A stretch of 54,707 nucleotides of DNA, the filler included, from Sphacelaria rigidula (Eukaryota), in NCBI GenBank assembly GCA_964200075.2. It is 5 parts of 5 records of this genome, joined end to end, with 100 filler letters (N's around TTAATTAATTAA, not from the genome) between each part and the next. Parts side by side here need not be neighbours in the genome. Positions count along the whole stretch, not along the records: positions 10,964 to 21,825 come from CAXNAA020005776.1; positions 21,926 to 32,787 come from CAXNAA020005777.1; 3 more parts are not named here. One strand, written 5' to 3'. The notes below the pieces were generated by a model, which was given only the letters and a program-made list of their open reading frames with translations, did no database searches and was not told the origin of the DNA. Both the position numbers and the translations under genes were made by a program. This document shows, one piece after another, positions 12,251 to 25,332 of this stretch (position 1 is its first letter; every line of letters begins with the position of its first letter).

Positions 12251-13607
12251 TGAATTCCTTCTTTCCTTCCTGAGGCCGTTGCGTCTTTTTTAAAATTTAT
12301 TTATTATTATTCTGTTTTTTTTTTGCTGCTCCTGATCTTTGGCTGGATTGTTGCAATCAGCTCATGTGAGATAATCAATCAATCGATCAATCATATCCAT
12401 CGTACAACCCGTGCTCGCTCCGGCAAAAGCTCGTTTTCATCGGTAGTGCAGGTACTCACAATTTTCGAGAACCCACGGAGATTGCGGACGATGTTCAACG
12501 GTTATCTCCACAAGGAGGGTGCCACTGATGACGAAATTGACTGGTCGATTGATTGAGCGGCATAAACCGATTCGCCAAGGTTTGAGGCGTGGTGACGAGA
12601 TGAGACATACCCAAGAGGAACGAATGGAGGCACTCACTGAAGGGAAACTCAAGAAAAGGGAGAAAGCGCGGAGAACAAAGAAGGAAATAGTGGAAGTAAA
12701 TTGGCGCAGATATCAGGCTGGGACATATTATACTACGTACCAGTCTCGAGGAAAGTCCCCACAGGCCTCTGTCGGGGCTGTCAAGGCTTCAGATAGGGGG
12801 GCGGCGGAATCAAGTTTGCGACTCAGCTATTTGCAGACCGCATATTGGACAGGGTCTATAGGTCGCGGACTGTACAGGAGCAAGACACAAACAGTGATAC
12901 GGCAGACTCGGAAAATGATAGACAAAGGGGGAAGAAGAAGGAAAATCGAATGTCATTGAAGAGAACAGGGGTGAAACAGATGAAAAGAACGTCGGGAGCA
13001 TCGTTGAACAGAGAAAACATGACGAGAAAAAGGATCTAGAGTTACGAACTGCGGAGAGGGGGTAAAACCCGATAAGATGAGACAGGGAAATCAGTTCTGG
13101 TGTAACCTCTTACTCACGGACTAAGTTTACGGCTCTCTCAGTACTGTCCAAGTTTGAACCCTCGCGGCCTTTTGTTCCCGTTGTTTGTGATGACTCTCAA
13201 CGCAGCGGCCCCTTGCTCGGTACATGTAGATTATAAGTGCATGTTAGTGGAGATGTAGATCTCCCGAAGGCCATTTCGACGACGCATTACTTTGTCATCA
13301 AAAGCCCCGTGGTTTTAGAAGTATCCAATCGCGTTCTCAACGACTTTTGCTGTACATTCTGGCTCCCCCTCTCACCTTTTGCCAGCAGGTGCCGTACGCC
13401 ACAAAGGTCAAACGTGTGTTGTCTTCGGGCATATCTGATCCTTTCTGTTGGATTGTCGGATATGTCAAACCAGAGTTTAATACATGCCGTAGTGATGTTC
13501 GTGCAGATGTTGCAACGCATGCATTCTGCCTGAGATTCTATCTCTAGCACCGATGCGTCGGTGTGACAATGAGTCATGCTGTAACCATGCGGCTCCTTCT
13601 TACTCAG

Positions 13608-16600
13608 GCATGTGACGAAGCTGGAGACGGACCCGAAGGAGGGAGACTTTTTGACGATGCACGTGTACCAAAATACCCAGGGGAAGCGCGTGTACTACCC
13701 GGATGACCCCATGTTCCGTGGGATCTACACCAACAATCCGCATACTCTCATCAGGTCGGTAGCTGATGTTGTCGTGGCTATTGGCATGGTAGCCATGCCG
13801 ATTCAGACAGTGCTAGTCGTTACCGTTGGCATACCATACCCAGTGGTATACGCTATATACGATTTTTGTAACCCGTTGGGAAGTGCGTACATGGACGAGT
13901 GGCAACTGTTCTGACACTTTTCATATATACGTGTTTTTTCCTCGTTCCCGAATTCCAGCGTTGACTTCGAGATGATCGGTTGTACATGTGCACCGCCCGT
14001 GTTGCGTAGTGTCACGAGTACACCGCCTGGCTGGTTGCCGTGCAAATGCGAATTGGCTGGCCGTGATGTACTGTTTCCATCCTATCATGTATATATATAC
14101 ATTTTATATATATATACTTTTTATATGTATGTATCTGGTTCGTGGTGTTCAGGTTCGACTTGCCCAAGACAAGCAAGCCGGGGTCGGAGGTGGCGTACAC
14201 GTTGGTGATCAGCCAGTACGAGAAGAAGCGAGATGTCCGGTAAATCTCTACAACCGTGGTGGTCGTTCCGTGGGACCACGGCTGCAACTGTGACGGTATT
14301 GACTCGTTGTCGCAAAGTCACTTGATGGTAATTATGGGTGCTGGGTATGGTTCGTGTCTCGTGTGCCGTTGTTCTCCATGACGCTATTTTTTACGGATAT
14401 CGAAGCACGAAGTACCCACTGGAAACATCAATCGACTCCCTTCGTGGAGACATGTCAGGGAACAGCACAGTAACTAGTTGAAAGAAGGGAAAACCCTGAA
14501 CGGCGGTCACTGTGGGGTATGATATGGGTGCTTAGTGTCCACAACTCATGTACCCTAGAATACTTGGTGGGGGTAAGGGAGGGGGTGGTCGATACCCCAG
14601 GTACGTTTGAGATACTCCGATTTCGGTGCCCGATTCTCCAGGTACCCTGAGGTATGCAGTCCGAGGCAGCGATGGGGTACGATACCGCACCCTGCCCACC
14701 TCTGAAGCCCTTTGAATGAAATACGAGATAAGTGCTTGCGCAGCGGCTGGAGTTTTTTTAGCAGAAGAATTGCGCTCGTCAGTGGGGCAGTGGTTGAGTT
14801 GTGCTTTTAACAGCATGTAACCCTTCCACCCGCTCTCGCCTGTTCAGGTATACGGTCAACGTGTATTGCACGTCGACGTTTCGCCTGTTCGCCACTCCAC
14901 TCCCTCCGGAACACCGCAGGCAAATCATGGTGGGTGCATTGCCATTCCGGACTAATTGCTCAAGTCCGAGTGTGAAAAGCGTAGTTAGGAACAGGTGCCT
15001 ACATTTATTTGTTGTTTCAGTGCTCATGCCAGATTCTTGAGACGTCGGGGCTGCAAAGTTAAGGTATATATTTCGCTCTGCCGGCGAGCTGTTAGACCTC
15101 CTCTCGCTGGTCCACGGACTGTGAACAAGTGCAACTTCCCCCATCATGCCAATCCTAAAACGCACCGCTAACCCCGAAGTATACCCCCTATCGGCCGCCC
15201 CATCCCCGACCCTAGACCCTGCCTGAACAAATATTCAATTCCAACCCTCGCATGCTCTTGACCTTCACTAATCGTGGCTTTCACCGCGGCCTGCCCGGGG
15301 ACTCTCCGATTTCCCAGGGTGCTTGGGATCAATCCAGCGCTGGGGGAGCGCTCGGAGGTGCGCAATTTTTCACCAATCCGCAGTACAGCATGGTACTCAC
15401 CCAAAGCAAGACTAAGGTTCACTTCCAAGCACAGGCCCCCAAAGACGTGAGGAGAACATGAACCTTGCAACGCTAGTTCTGGTAGTCAAATCTTTGTGTA
15501 CAAACATTGGACACTTGGAGGAGACTAAGACTGCGACAGGAGGGGGGGTGCCAGGGTGTATTAGCGAAAACCACTTCTTGTAGTACGAAGGGCCCGTGTT
15601 CGTCACTGTAAAGTGTGAGGTGTGGCTGCAAGCGGCGAATTTCATTTGAATACTGTTGGTATCAACATGATACAAGCACTCAACCTGCTCGGCAACATTT
15701 TCAGCGGCATGCAAGCCCCCAACGGGTGTGCAAGGTCGTTTAGCACACCTATGATTCATTCTGTTCTGTGCAATCAACCCCCCGTGTGCCTATCCTAGGA
15801 CCGCGTAAAAAAGCTTCACGAACCACTCACACGGCGTTGGCAAGCCTTTTTTTCTCAGCAAGATTCCTGTGTTGCGTGTAAAACATGCCGAGGCTCTCGA
15901 GGTTCGGGGCATAACACTAGTAGATAATGGAAGGTGTTGATACGAATAATTGTAGCCAAGACTGAGAGGAACACAGGAGAACGTATGGGGAAGCAACGAA
16001 GAACAATTTCTGTCCTGTTGTTTTCGTGTTTAACCCCCCTTCTCCCGAAACGTCTACTACGTGCCATGTTACGTCGACCGTCCTGCGCCGCGTTTCACGT
16101 TGCAGTTTCAGATTAACGTGACGGTGGTATCGGAGGGGGGGATGCGTGTGTACACTGTGTCGAAGGATCGGCAGGCCCTAACGACCGGCTCATACCGACC
16201 TGGCTTCTGCTATGTTGAAGGCATCCTCGACGCGGGGACGTACACGGTCATCGTGAGCACTTACAAGCCTGGGCAGGTATGTCGGCGTTAGAGCGGCACA
16301 ACCAGTGCTTGGTCTTGCTCCATGTCCGTCCAATACAAATATGTGTATTATGCCCACGCGGTCGTGTACTCTTGCGGTCCTGTGCTCTTGGAGGGTCGTG
16401 GGTCTTGGCAGGGTTTTCTGTTCTTGTATGACATGTTTGCCCTCGTAGTATATCCGAACTCCAAATTAAATCCCGAAAAGACATGTGGGGTGTCGAAGTA
16501 ATACTCTGGGTGACGAGCGTGCATCAAATATACGTCGTACTGTACTGGCTGAGGCCGCGTGTCAGGCGAAACCTAGATGCGATTTTACTGCCATTTGATG

Positions 16601-18965
16601 ATTGCTTCTGCCCACTCGGTTTATCGCTGTCCCACAATTTCTACCATCTTCAGAACGCCCAGAAAGTAATCAGGATGCGTAGTTCGTCGATGCAGTTTTC
16701 ATGGCTGCGGTTTGCTGTCGGGCTGTTGGGCTGAACACCAAGTCGTTGACTGTCACATGCGCCAAGCACTTTCTTCCGGTTACCTCCTCTGTTCATTTTT
16801 GGTTCCGAAATGGCGTCACCACTGAGGCGATATGATGTGTGCATTTTTTTTTTTCCTTCCGTGTATGGATGTTGCAAAGGTGGGAGGGTTTGTCCTGACG
16901 ATGGCCGCAAGCAGTCCCGTGAAGCAGCCAACACGCATTCCAGCGGAAGGCGAAGGCATGCACAAACGGGTGATGGCTGATGGCTGCTGACTGATGGCTG
17001 GCGGTAGCAGTCATTGTTCGGCGGGAAGCAGGGTATATATATTTTGCGGCCTCTTGGGAGTGTTATACATTACCTCAGCTTATGAAAATACTATACAGTA
17101 CACCCGCTGAAGTTGGTCGCTAGAGCCTTTGGTGGGGGTCGGTACGTTTGCGAGTGATGAGAGAGGGAGTATAGACTGCTCGGCTCGGAGCTTCCTGAAA
17201 AGACCGGGGTGCCGATTAGTCTCCCCGGCGCTTTATTTCATGATGCATTTAGTTCGGGTGTTTTCTTCACAATACGGCCCAACATGCTACAGCGTTCGCT
17301 GTTCGCACCTAACTCACCGTGCCTCCACATGTGGCTTTTGTAGGTAGTCGTGCCCGCTAGGTTCAATTGCTGTACACACGCACCTACGTTGAGGTCATGT
17401 GCATCCTTGTGGGGACATGCGCTGTAAACGCGCAAGTGTCGTACAATTGTTGTTGTAGTAGCGTCGACCGCGAAGACGGGACTAGTCCGAATGCAACCAC
17501 GTGCTTTGTCGTTCGTCGCTATTTTTGGCGGCGGGGTCACATGTTTCGTCCCAGGTTCTCCGAGGGCGATGGCGGGAAGATGATGGGACGGCTGCTGGTT
17601 GTTCGAACTTCGGACGCTATCTCGACAATCCAAGGTTAGATGCTGATATTTTCGTGCTTTTCGACCTTGATGTGCGATGAGGCAAGTCGTGAGGAAATTT
17701 CTGCGAGTCGTTGCTCGTGTGAGTTTTTGTTGTGTACATACACTGCGTAGTTTTGCGCTGTTTCGTTGGGAGATGCGGGCAGGATTAGATTTCAAGTCAT
17801 ATGCTGCTGGTCTCAGCTTTCATACAGCACGCTGTGGGCCGACTGGTTCGTGCATGGTGAGGCTTGGCCTAGCACTATTGTTTGGTGTACCTCCAGTAGC
17901 ATCTTGAGAGGTTTTTCGTTCGCATCTGTCGGCCGTCATGGTCATGATTGTTTGATGCGAACCACCTGACGCTTCACGATGTTACGCGTGGCTATTGTAT
18001 CTCGACAGCATTCTTAGCGCCAACCTGGAGTCTTGGCAGCGTCTTCAAGTTGCCTCTCTTGCGTTTCCAGCATGTTCGTCGTATGTGCCAGACACCCTTC
18101 ACCATGACTCCTGAGTAACGAGGGACCATGATCTGCTCCAGGCAGATGGATTCGAAAACTCTGCTCTTTTCGCCGATTCTCTTTTCCACTTTTCAATATC
18201 TCATCTCGATTTGATAGATCTCGAAAGCGACTCCTGCCCCCTTCACAGGATGAGGTTGAAGTACAAGAGTTGTGAAACGGACCAAGGTTGGAATAACAGT
18301 CCTGCCTGTCCCAGAGCTCGGCCCCCGCCCGGCCCGCCCGCCCCCCCACCCACCGTCGGAGTCNNNNNNNNNNCCCCGCTTGTTGAAAGAACCAAGGGGG
18401 GGAAAACAGCCCTCCCCCCCCCCCCCCCCCCCCCCCCGCGCGCTTATAAACATGTCTGACCCTCGTCACTTTAACTCAAAGACCGCCTCGCCTCTCTTGT
18501 TTTCGCCTCAACCTGACTGACTTCTTGCAAAGGTACCTTATCAAGCCAGAAACCAAGACGGCGATAGTCCTACGTATTGCCATTCCAGAAAACTCAGGGC
18601 CATTCCCTTCCGGTCGACCGGCCGTGAATGTTACTTTGTACCCCACCGGCATACAGCATCAGGGAGGGGGTGCGAATTCATCAACCCCCGAGGGGACTGA
18701 GGAAGGAGATGGGACTCAAACGGGACACCCCATTGGCGGTGGGATTACTGTAGATCCTCGTTGTAAACCCACATCTCCTATGGCTGTAGCGTCATCTAGT
18801 GCAGGGGTGTACATGGAGTCGCTCGGAGGCGCGGTGTCTAGTGTTGTGCAGGTGGAACCTGGGGAGTATGTGGCTTTCGTGTCGTCGTTTTCTCCGCAAG
18901 AGGCGGATTTCTTGTTAACGGTGTTTTCTGCCCCGGCTTTGCCCGATGTACAGCGCTTGGTGTGA
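13608..18965 (+). CDS. CAPN7: Calpain-7/PalB-like cysteine protease, 3' partial gene (exons 13608-13754, 14153-14239, 14848-14929, 15318-15446, 16106-16276, 16880-16969, 17555-17634, 18533-18965)
   Basis: Eight exons join with GT-AG boundaries and compatible phases: RHVTK...DFLTMHVY...GKRVYYP...GIYTNNPHTLIRFD...YTLVISQYEK...YTVNVY (CAPN7-type first CBSW domain); GAWDQSSAGG...FFTNPQY...GSYRPGFCY...GTYTVIVSTYKPGQVGGFVL; IPAEGEG...GRW...TAAGCSNFGRYLDNPRY...GEYVAFVSSFSP..ADFLLTVFS; stop at 18963-18965. The catalytic domain is not in this contig. The 16106 acceptor could alternatively be 16112. Confidence 0.88.
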
Positions 18966-20814
18966 CGTTCTAGCGGGTATTTCCTGCCGTGGTTGTTCTT
19001 GACGCAGAACTCTGGTTTTGGCGTGACCGCTTTTGTGGTTCTTGTATTGTTGCTGTCTCCCCTGCGCCCATTAGTACCGCGTCACGATTTTTGTGACGAA
19101 AATAACTTCGAGAGTCCGGGATCTTGCGATTTTACGTGTGTCTGAGTCGCGTATGTGATCGTAACATGTCAGAATTACTTGTGATTTATTTCCAATTGGG
19201 GTGTGCGTTACCGGATGCCGTGACACGTGGATGCCTCTAGTATTTGAAGGTGAGGGTTGAACACGCCTTGGTGTGTGGCTCCCATGTGGCGGCAAGTGGC
19301 GCTGTAGATGCCCGAATACCCGAATTTTAATGTGTATGTATGGTTCGGACGTATGAATAGTGCGGGGAATTCGGGAAGCGTTCGTGAGGGTGATACAGCG
19401 TTCGCTGTTTAGGAGGCTTCTTGCGGGTGAAGAAGAATCTCTCTCAAGAATGCCTACTTGAGCGATTTGGCGTCGATTTGGCCCTGACTAGGAACAATTT
19501 CGCGAGTTTTGTAAGGTCAGAAAGACGTGGTGTACTTACTCTCTGAGATAATTCCAGCGTACGTTGTCGACCTTTCGTATGCCTGCTTTGACTTTTGGCT
19601 GGACTGGGAACTTCTTATTCAGCCTCGAAAACCCCTGAAAACGAAAACATGTACAGTAGTTTTCATCTGAAATAGGAGATTTTCGTAGTTTTTTCATAGT
19701 CGGGGATATCCCAAAGTGTTTTCGTGTGCCACCGCTCATCTCAGTAAACGTTTGATCCAAACGTTTGGGTATCGGGGGATACTAGGCATCTCCTCTCCAT
19801 CCCGTTATTGAATCACATCTGCACGCATTATTGAACGACTTCCGGGTTGACCGGTTTTCGGGGATTCTGAGAATACCCAGCCCCAGGTTCTGACCCTTGG
19901 AGTATTTTTGCTCGATTGAAGCAATCCCAATCGTTTTAGCGAACAAATAAAAAGGATCGAGTTTTATCATTTTCACCTATTTATTGCGCTAGAGTCGAAA
20001 GCTGTGTGTTTCGGACCAATGACGGTCGATAGCACCCCCTGATGAACAAGGTACTTCCTCTGTATCATCCCGACAACACCACTTGAGGATTGCGTTCTGA
20101 ACACGACCTGCTCCTCTTCCCAGTATCTATCGATGCTAGTATTTCTAAGGGCCAAGGACGATACTACACGAGGAGATTCAGAAAAGTACCCAAGAACGAA
20201 AATTGACAATTGCCTAACCGAGCTCGGCATAACACCGGCGGGGATGAACCAATTTCTATCACTCTCATGGGTGATTTTACGGACATTTTTTTTTTTTTTC
20301 ACCTATTCATTGCGGTAAAAACAATTTTTCCGTGAGATCGAGAGTAGAGCGCAGATTGAGAGTGGCTTCGATCACCCGCTTTAACTTACCCAAGTTTTCA
20401 TTCCGTGTGTGCTTCTATTTGCCTCCCACCACTGGCGTGTGCTTACAGCTACACGTCGATATCCTACTCAGGGGTAGCGAGGGCCTCAGTGGCAGCTCCT
20501 ACAGAAAGCATATCAGGCCTCGTGGAGGGGCATTTCGGATCTGAAACAGATCATTCACTAATTGACCGCTTTTCACTCTCAATCGTATCCTCTACTCTCA
20601 ATCTCACGAAAACATCGTTTCGAGCCGAAAAGAAATGTGTCTTGGACCAAAACCGTCCACGAACACCCCCTGTCAACTCAGCTCGGAATGTGGAGCGGAT
20701 GCCTAGTATGTCCCGTTTGGAACTCGGGAAGAAGACCACCAACTCCCATACGCGAGCTGTCGTCACCGAGAAAAAGCTCGACTTCGGCGCACGAATCTGT
20801 CACATTTGTATACT

Positions 20815-20965
20815 TGAACTTGGCTGGTTCCAGACTGCATGAAGCGCCTCACACGGGGGACATTGCCAAAAACGATACTAACCGTGGGAGTTTCAAGCCA
20901 CTCAGTGTGCTCGGCTTTGTCATCTTGATTCGGATGTGGATTTTGCCTCCTCAAGTCGCGCCGTC
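20815..20965 (+). repeat. Dispersed repeat; diverged inverted copy at ~46895-47040
   Basis: gctggttccagactgcatgaa...ttttgcctcctcaa is shared with the reverse complement of 46895-47040. Confidence 0.7.
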
Positions 20966-21614
20966 ACTCCATGGCGTTTGATCAATGAGGAAACATGTGG
21001 CCAGGCCGTTGAGTGGATTACCATTCGGTTCTAGATTCATGAACAATTGACAAGATGTGCGGATCACGGCCCAATTAAGATAATATTGCTGTGATAACTT
21101 GGATCCGTTTTCTTCAGGCTGGTGCAACTAACTCGTACAAGGCCGCCTTGATGCTTGACCGAAAAAAATAAAAATGGAAGCAAACTCCAACATCGCTCAA
21201 TGGTTGACTGTATAACAATCGAGCGGGCGACCTGCTGCAAGTTCATGTATGTTCATGTATGTCGGGCCGCCCGATTGACGGAGCACATGCGCGTCGCCCT
21301 GCGACTGTTGTTGCTATGCATTCTATGTAGGGTACGCGATATATATATATATATATGTATATGACAGCGGATCCTGGAAAATGAGGTCCATCTCAACACT
21401 GAGGTTCAAGTGGCATTTCTTTTTTACAGGGATGACGCGAAACACTTACGACCGAGCGAAGCCATCTTCCCCCCCAAATGTCCACAGCAGTTGAGCAGCT
21501 GTGGCTTTGTGCACCTAACGAATGCGGTGTACACGCNNNNNNNNNNGAGAAGCAACGACGGGGAGGAAGCTCCTCGCCCGTGTCCTTTGTGTGTCCCCGC
21601 TCGGCGTTTACCAA

Positions 21615-21825
21615 ACTGTCGAGAGACTGGCATCATCGATCTTACCAGCATGTGCCAAATTGTTCATGTGCCAGAACATCGACGTGCGGAGAAGTTCCGT
21701 GGTCTCTTCTTGCCTGTCGCCGACGCGAAGATCGATTTCCCTCTACCTCTCCTTCTGGATAGGACGCGCCTCTATGCGCTGAAAAACATGTCGTTGAAAA
21801 ATAGGGCAATGTTCCCGTCACCGCT
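21615..21825 (+). repeat. Dispersed repeat at a contig end; second copy at ~32920-33135
   Basis: gagagactggcatcatcgat...gacgcgaagatc...gcgctgaaaaacatgtc.ttgaaaaa.agggcaat..tcccgtcacc occurs at both places. Confidence 0.85.
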
Positions 21826-21925
21826 NNNNNNNNNNNNNNNNNNNNNNNNNNNNNNNNNNNNNNNNNNNNTTAATTAATTAANNNNNNNNNNNNNNNNNNN
21901 NNNNNNNNNNNNNNNNNNNNNNNNN
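21826..21925. other. Artificial contig linker
   Basis: N-TTAATTAATTAA-N, 100 bp. Confidence 0.97.
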
Positions 21926-21979
21926 ATTGACCACGCATCCCTTTCGAGACGGAGCACCGTCGGGGGGGGGGGGGGGGGG

Positions 21980-22401
21980 CGTCTTGCTGGATGTACACAT
22001 CCCTTATGTTTTGCGTTGATTGGTTGATTGATTCTCGCACATGAACTGGTCCGCTACAAAACCACCCGCGCTCACAGGGTAGACGTAAGCCATTTACCCG
22101 GAAGTACTCGTGTGTTGTGTGTGTTGTCGTCCCGTCTATTCTGGACGCCAGTCTACACCTTTCGGTACATGTGGGCTCATCAGCCACGGTCACACAGGAG
22201 GAAGGTCAACACAAGAGCTTTTTTCTTTTTTCTTTTCTTCCCTCGTCGACCGTTAAGTCGAATTTTGTGTACCCACGACATAGTCACTCTCCACCGTTGA
22301 GCATTTTGTGAGAAAAAATTGAGATCGCTCCGAGATTTGAACCCACGACCCAACCGTCAAAAGGTGTTGAAGTCACAAATTGAGCCACCGGGGCGACCGG
22401 C
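21980..22401 (-). mobile_element. tRNA-headed SINE-like element
   Basis: Minus strand reads gccggtcgccccggTGGCTCAATTTG (A box)...GGTTCAAATCtcggag (B box) at ~22325-22401, with no proper cloverleaf, followed by a ~350-bp body. The 3' boundary is approximate. Confidence 0.55.
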
Positions 22402-22793
22402 TTACTCAGCAGAGAAAAATTGAAAACAAAAGGGGGAGGAATGAAAGAAAAGAAGTGTGATTCCATCAACACTCGGCGGTAAAAAAAAAAAACAGTTTCC
22501 TGTGGAGTCAAGGCACCGCACGGACCAGTGACAGGTGTACACGGTCATGTATCCCCCCGGCATCGCTGTATTTCATTTTGGGGCTAACTGGCTGCATTTT
22601 CTGCCTGGAAGGGTGATCGGAAGCCGTATCCCACCTGCCAGCACATCTTCCTTCGAGCAATAAAGTTCCCTAGATTTGTCCTCTGTGCGCAACCGTCATG
22701 TGGTACGTACCCGCCTTATATCCTCTGTTTACACCTGTTGGTTCATTTCGTTGCTGGTGCGATGTATATAAACCGTTTTTTTCTTCTACTCAG

Positions 22794-23999
22794 GTATCTG
22801 ACGGCGTGCGCGAACGACTTCTGCCGAGAGGCGAAGCGGCAGACGATCAGCGCACAGGACGTGATGCAAGCGATCAAGGAATTGGAGTTTGGGGAGCTGG
22901 AGGAACCGCTTAAAGAGTATCTAGACCAGGTGACTGTGTTTCCATATTACGCAAATGTGCGTCACATGTACCCAACCGTATGTTCTACGAGAAGCGCGTG
23001 CAGTTCCGCAGAAAAAAGGTCGTGCCGCAACAGTGCAGGGCCTATAATTTCCAGGCGCACGTCGACTATCGGACGCGCTTTGACCGCGTACAAAAACTAC
23101 TATGAAAGACGAATATTGGATGCGTTTTTGCGGTAGTGAACATGAAGAAAAATCTGGGTGAGCCCAAAGTGCATCGTTCACTCCCAGATTTTCTCATCCG
23201 GTCCATTTTCTCTCTTGCGTTGGAGATGGCTCCATCACAGTTACTCACCAATCGTCCCTGAACCTCCACCCTTCCCCACTCCCGGCTCACCCTCTATTCG
23301 CGACGAAATCATCAAATCTTGACGCACTCTCATATTTTTTTGATGACTCCGTTTGCACTCGTTGCTACACGCACTTTGTATTTCCTCGTTGCCTATCAAC
23401 CATCGCAACGAACACAGTACCGTAGGGAGGCAAGTGCGAAGAAGCAAATCAAGGCCATGGGCGGCGCAGCGGCGGCGGCTGCTGCTGCGGCAAAGAAGCC
23501 GGGCAGCGGCGGGGTAGGAGACACAGAAGTAGAGCCGAGCGACATGGGTGACGATCCGGACGCTGACGGTGACAGCAGCGGAGCAGTTGGACCAGGCGTG
23601 GCAGACGGCACGGGGGACGTGGACGATGGAATGGGGGAGGACGCTGTGGGAGATGCAGGGTCGGCGGCGAGACAACACCCACAAACGGGTGTCGGTAGTA
23701 GCGCGGAGAAAAATGGAGAGAGTGTTGCTGCCGCCGTCGCTGCACCTGCTACAGCCGGAGTCGTCGGACGATCGAGTATGGACGTTGAGGGAGCTAGATC
23801 GGAGCCGCCGCTACAGACGGCGGCGGCGATAGCGGTGGCGCAGCCCGCTGCAGCTCCGCCAGCTTCGGCGGGTGGACTGGCGCCGATGGACGAGGACGGT
23901 GGGACAGCGGGGGCGGTCCCGGGAGTTGCGTCGTCGGCAACACCAGCATTTACTGGGGGTGCCGGAGTAGTGGGTGCGGGCGGGATCAATGGGAATTAA
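22794..23999 (+). CDS. POLE3: DNA polymerase epsilon subunit 3 / CHRAC17 / DPB4 (H2B-like histone fold), 3' partial gene (exons 22794-22929, 23418-23999)
   Basis: YLTACANDFCREAKRQTISAQDVMQAIKELEFGELEEPLKEYLDQ|YRRE matches the NF-YB/POLE3 histone-fold alpha2-alphaC pattern, closest to POLE3 (Y.T.CAN.F....KR.T..A.DV..A..E.EF...PLKE.L..YRRE). CAG/GT boundaries, phase-0 join, stop at 23999. Confidence 0.85.
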
Positions 24000-25332
24000 A
24001 TCAAGTTGTATGCTGTAGGGCTCCGAGAAGGGGGGAAGAGGAGACGCTAATTCCGTAGCTTGAGCTAGAAATGGCTGTGGTGCTGTCGCTTAACGACGAC
24101 CTACACCATGTTTCAAGGTTGTGCGATAACGTTTTTGTAGCTGGATGCGATGGGATGTGCTCGCACGTGCACCTACGCACGGCGACCGGTAGCTCACAAC
24201 GTAGAGATGTGACTTCCGCGGGGTAGTTTCCCGTGTCCTTCATTATTTTCGTGCTAGTTCTTTACTGCTAGCTCTCCACTAGTGTTTGAAACCTTCATGC
24301 CGCTGACATTCGTGGCATACATCGGTAGTTCACATTGGTATTGGGGCCTGGTGTTTTTATCAGGACGAGGCTATTCTGGCGGTGCACGCCAGGTTTTATG
24401 TGCTGCAATGGCTTCTTGCCGCGGTGTCTGATGTATCTCATTCCACCCAAACGTTGGTACTTCGCCGAACACCTACTGGCGTCAGGCCTGGGTAACGCTC
24501 AGTGAGTGAATAAAAGCGTACTGTGCACACCCCACTCTGTAACAAACCAACAGGCACGTTCGCTGTTCCAATTCCTGCTTGCAGAGCCCGTTGCGCTCGC
24601 GTGCCAGAGTGGTTTCTTGCCATGGCAAGATTCTGATCATCTCTGCGGCGGAACCCAACATGTGTGCAGTATTGCAACCCGCCGGCTGACGCCATACCCA
24701 GCGAAGACCCGACGAAGGAGTGTAAAGGGTACGTCTCACTTGACGATCCAACGGGGCTCCTCGCTTTGCCAACCCCCTGTGCTCACAGAACCCGTTGCCC
24801 CACTGCACACACCCTTGACACTTGACAACGTCTGAGCCACATATTCGGTCGTTGTTTTCAGCTTAGCATGTTCTCATAAGTCTATTTACTTTGCATCCCA
24901 TCACTGTAATACAGTCGGTGAGGTCTGCCCATTTCTACTCTACATAATTTATTATTAGCAAACAGCGTTCGGGCACCCTCTTGCCCCTTATTTGCAAACG
25001 AAATGAGGCGATCTGCTGAGCAAATACATTACTGTGCTACGTCGACGTTGAACCTATCCTCAACTGTTCGGTGCAAGAGAAAAATTGAGCTCGATATACA
25101 AGACACTCATCGGGGCGAACATGACACTCAAGCTTCGACGGGATAACTCGGGGAACACAAATTTCAAAGTGAAGTTGCAAAGGAACACAAATACCCTGAT
25201 GTTTTCAAGGACGCTGCCCCGTGCGCTTAGGCCATTTGGAACAAAAAAACTACAAAATGTGGAGGTGAGAAGACCAACAATACTACATGCTATCCACGAC
25301 ACACTACACGTCCTCCGAATTCACGTATCACC

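Noticed and set aside
12323-13039. Purine-rich short ORFs as upstream calpain exons
   Set aside because: No calpain motif (the expected NPQ...WxLLSR segment) and no convincing splice pair found.
3922-18965. Possible G-alpha-calpain fusion gene (same strand, 5' partial followed by 3' partial)
   Set aside because: An artificial linker at 10864-10963 separates unrelated contigs.
22325-22401. tRNA gene
   Set aside because: A and B boxes are present but the anticodon and acceptor arms do not form a convincing cloverleaf; better explained as a SINE head.
23396-23989. 197-aa minus-strand Pro/Ala-rich ORF
   Set aside because: Antisense shadow of the GC-rich POLE3 last exon.
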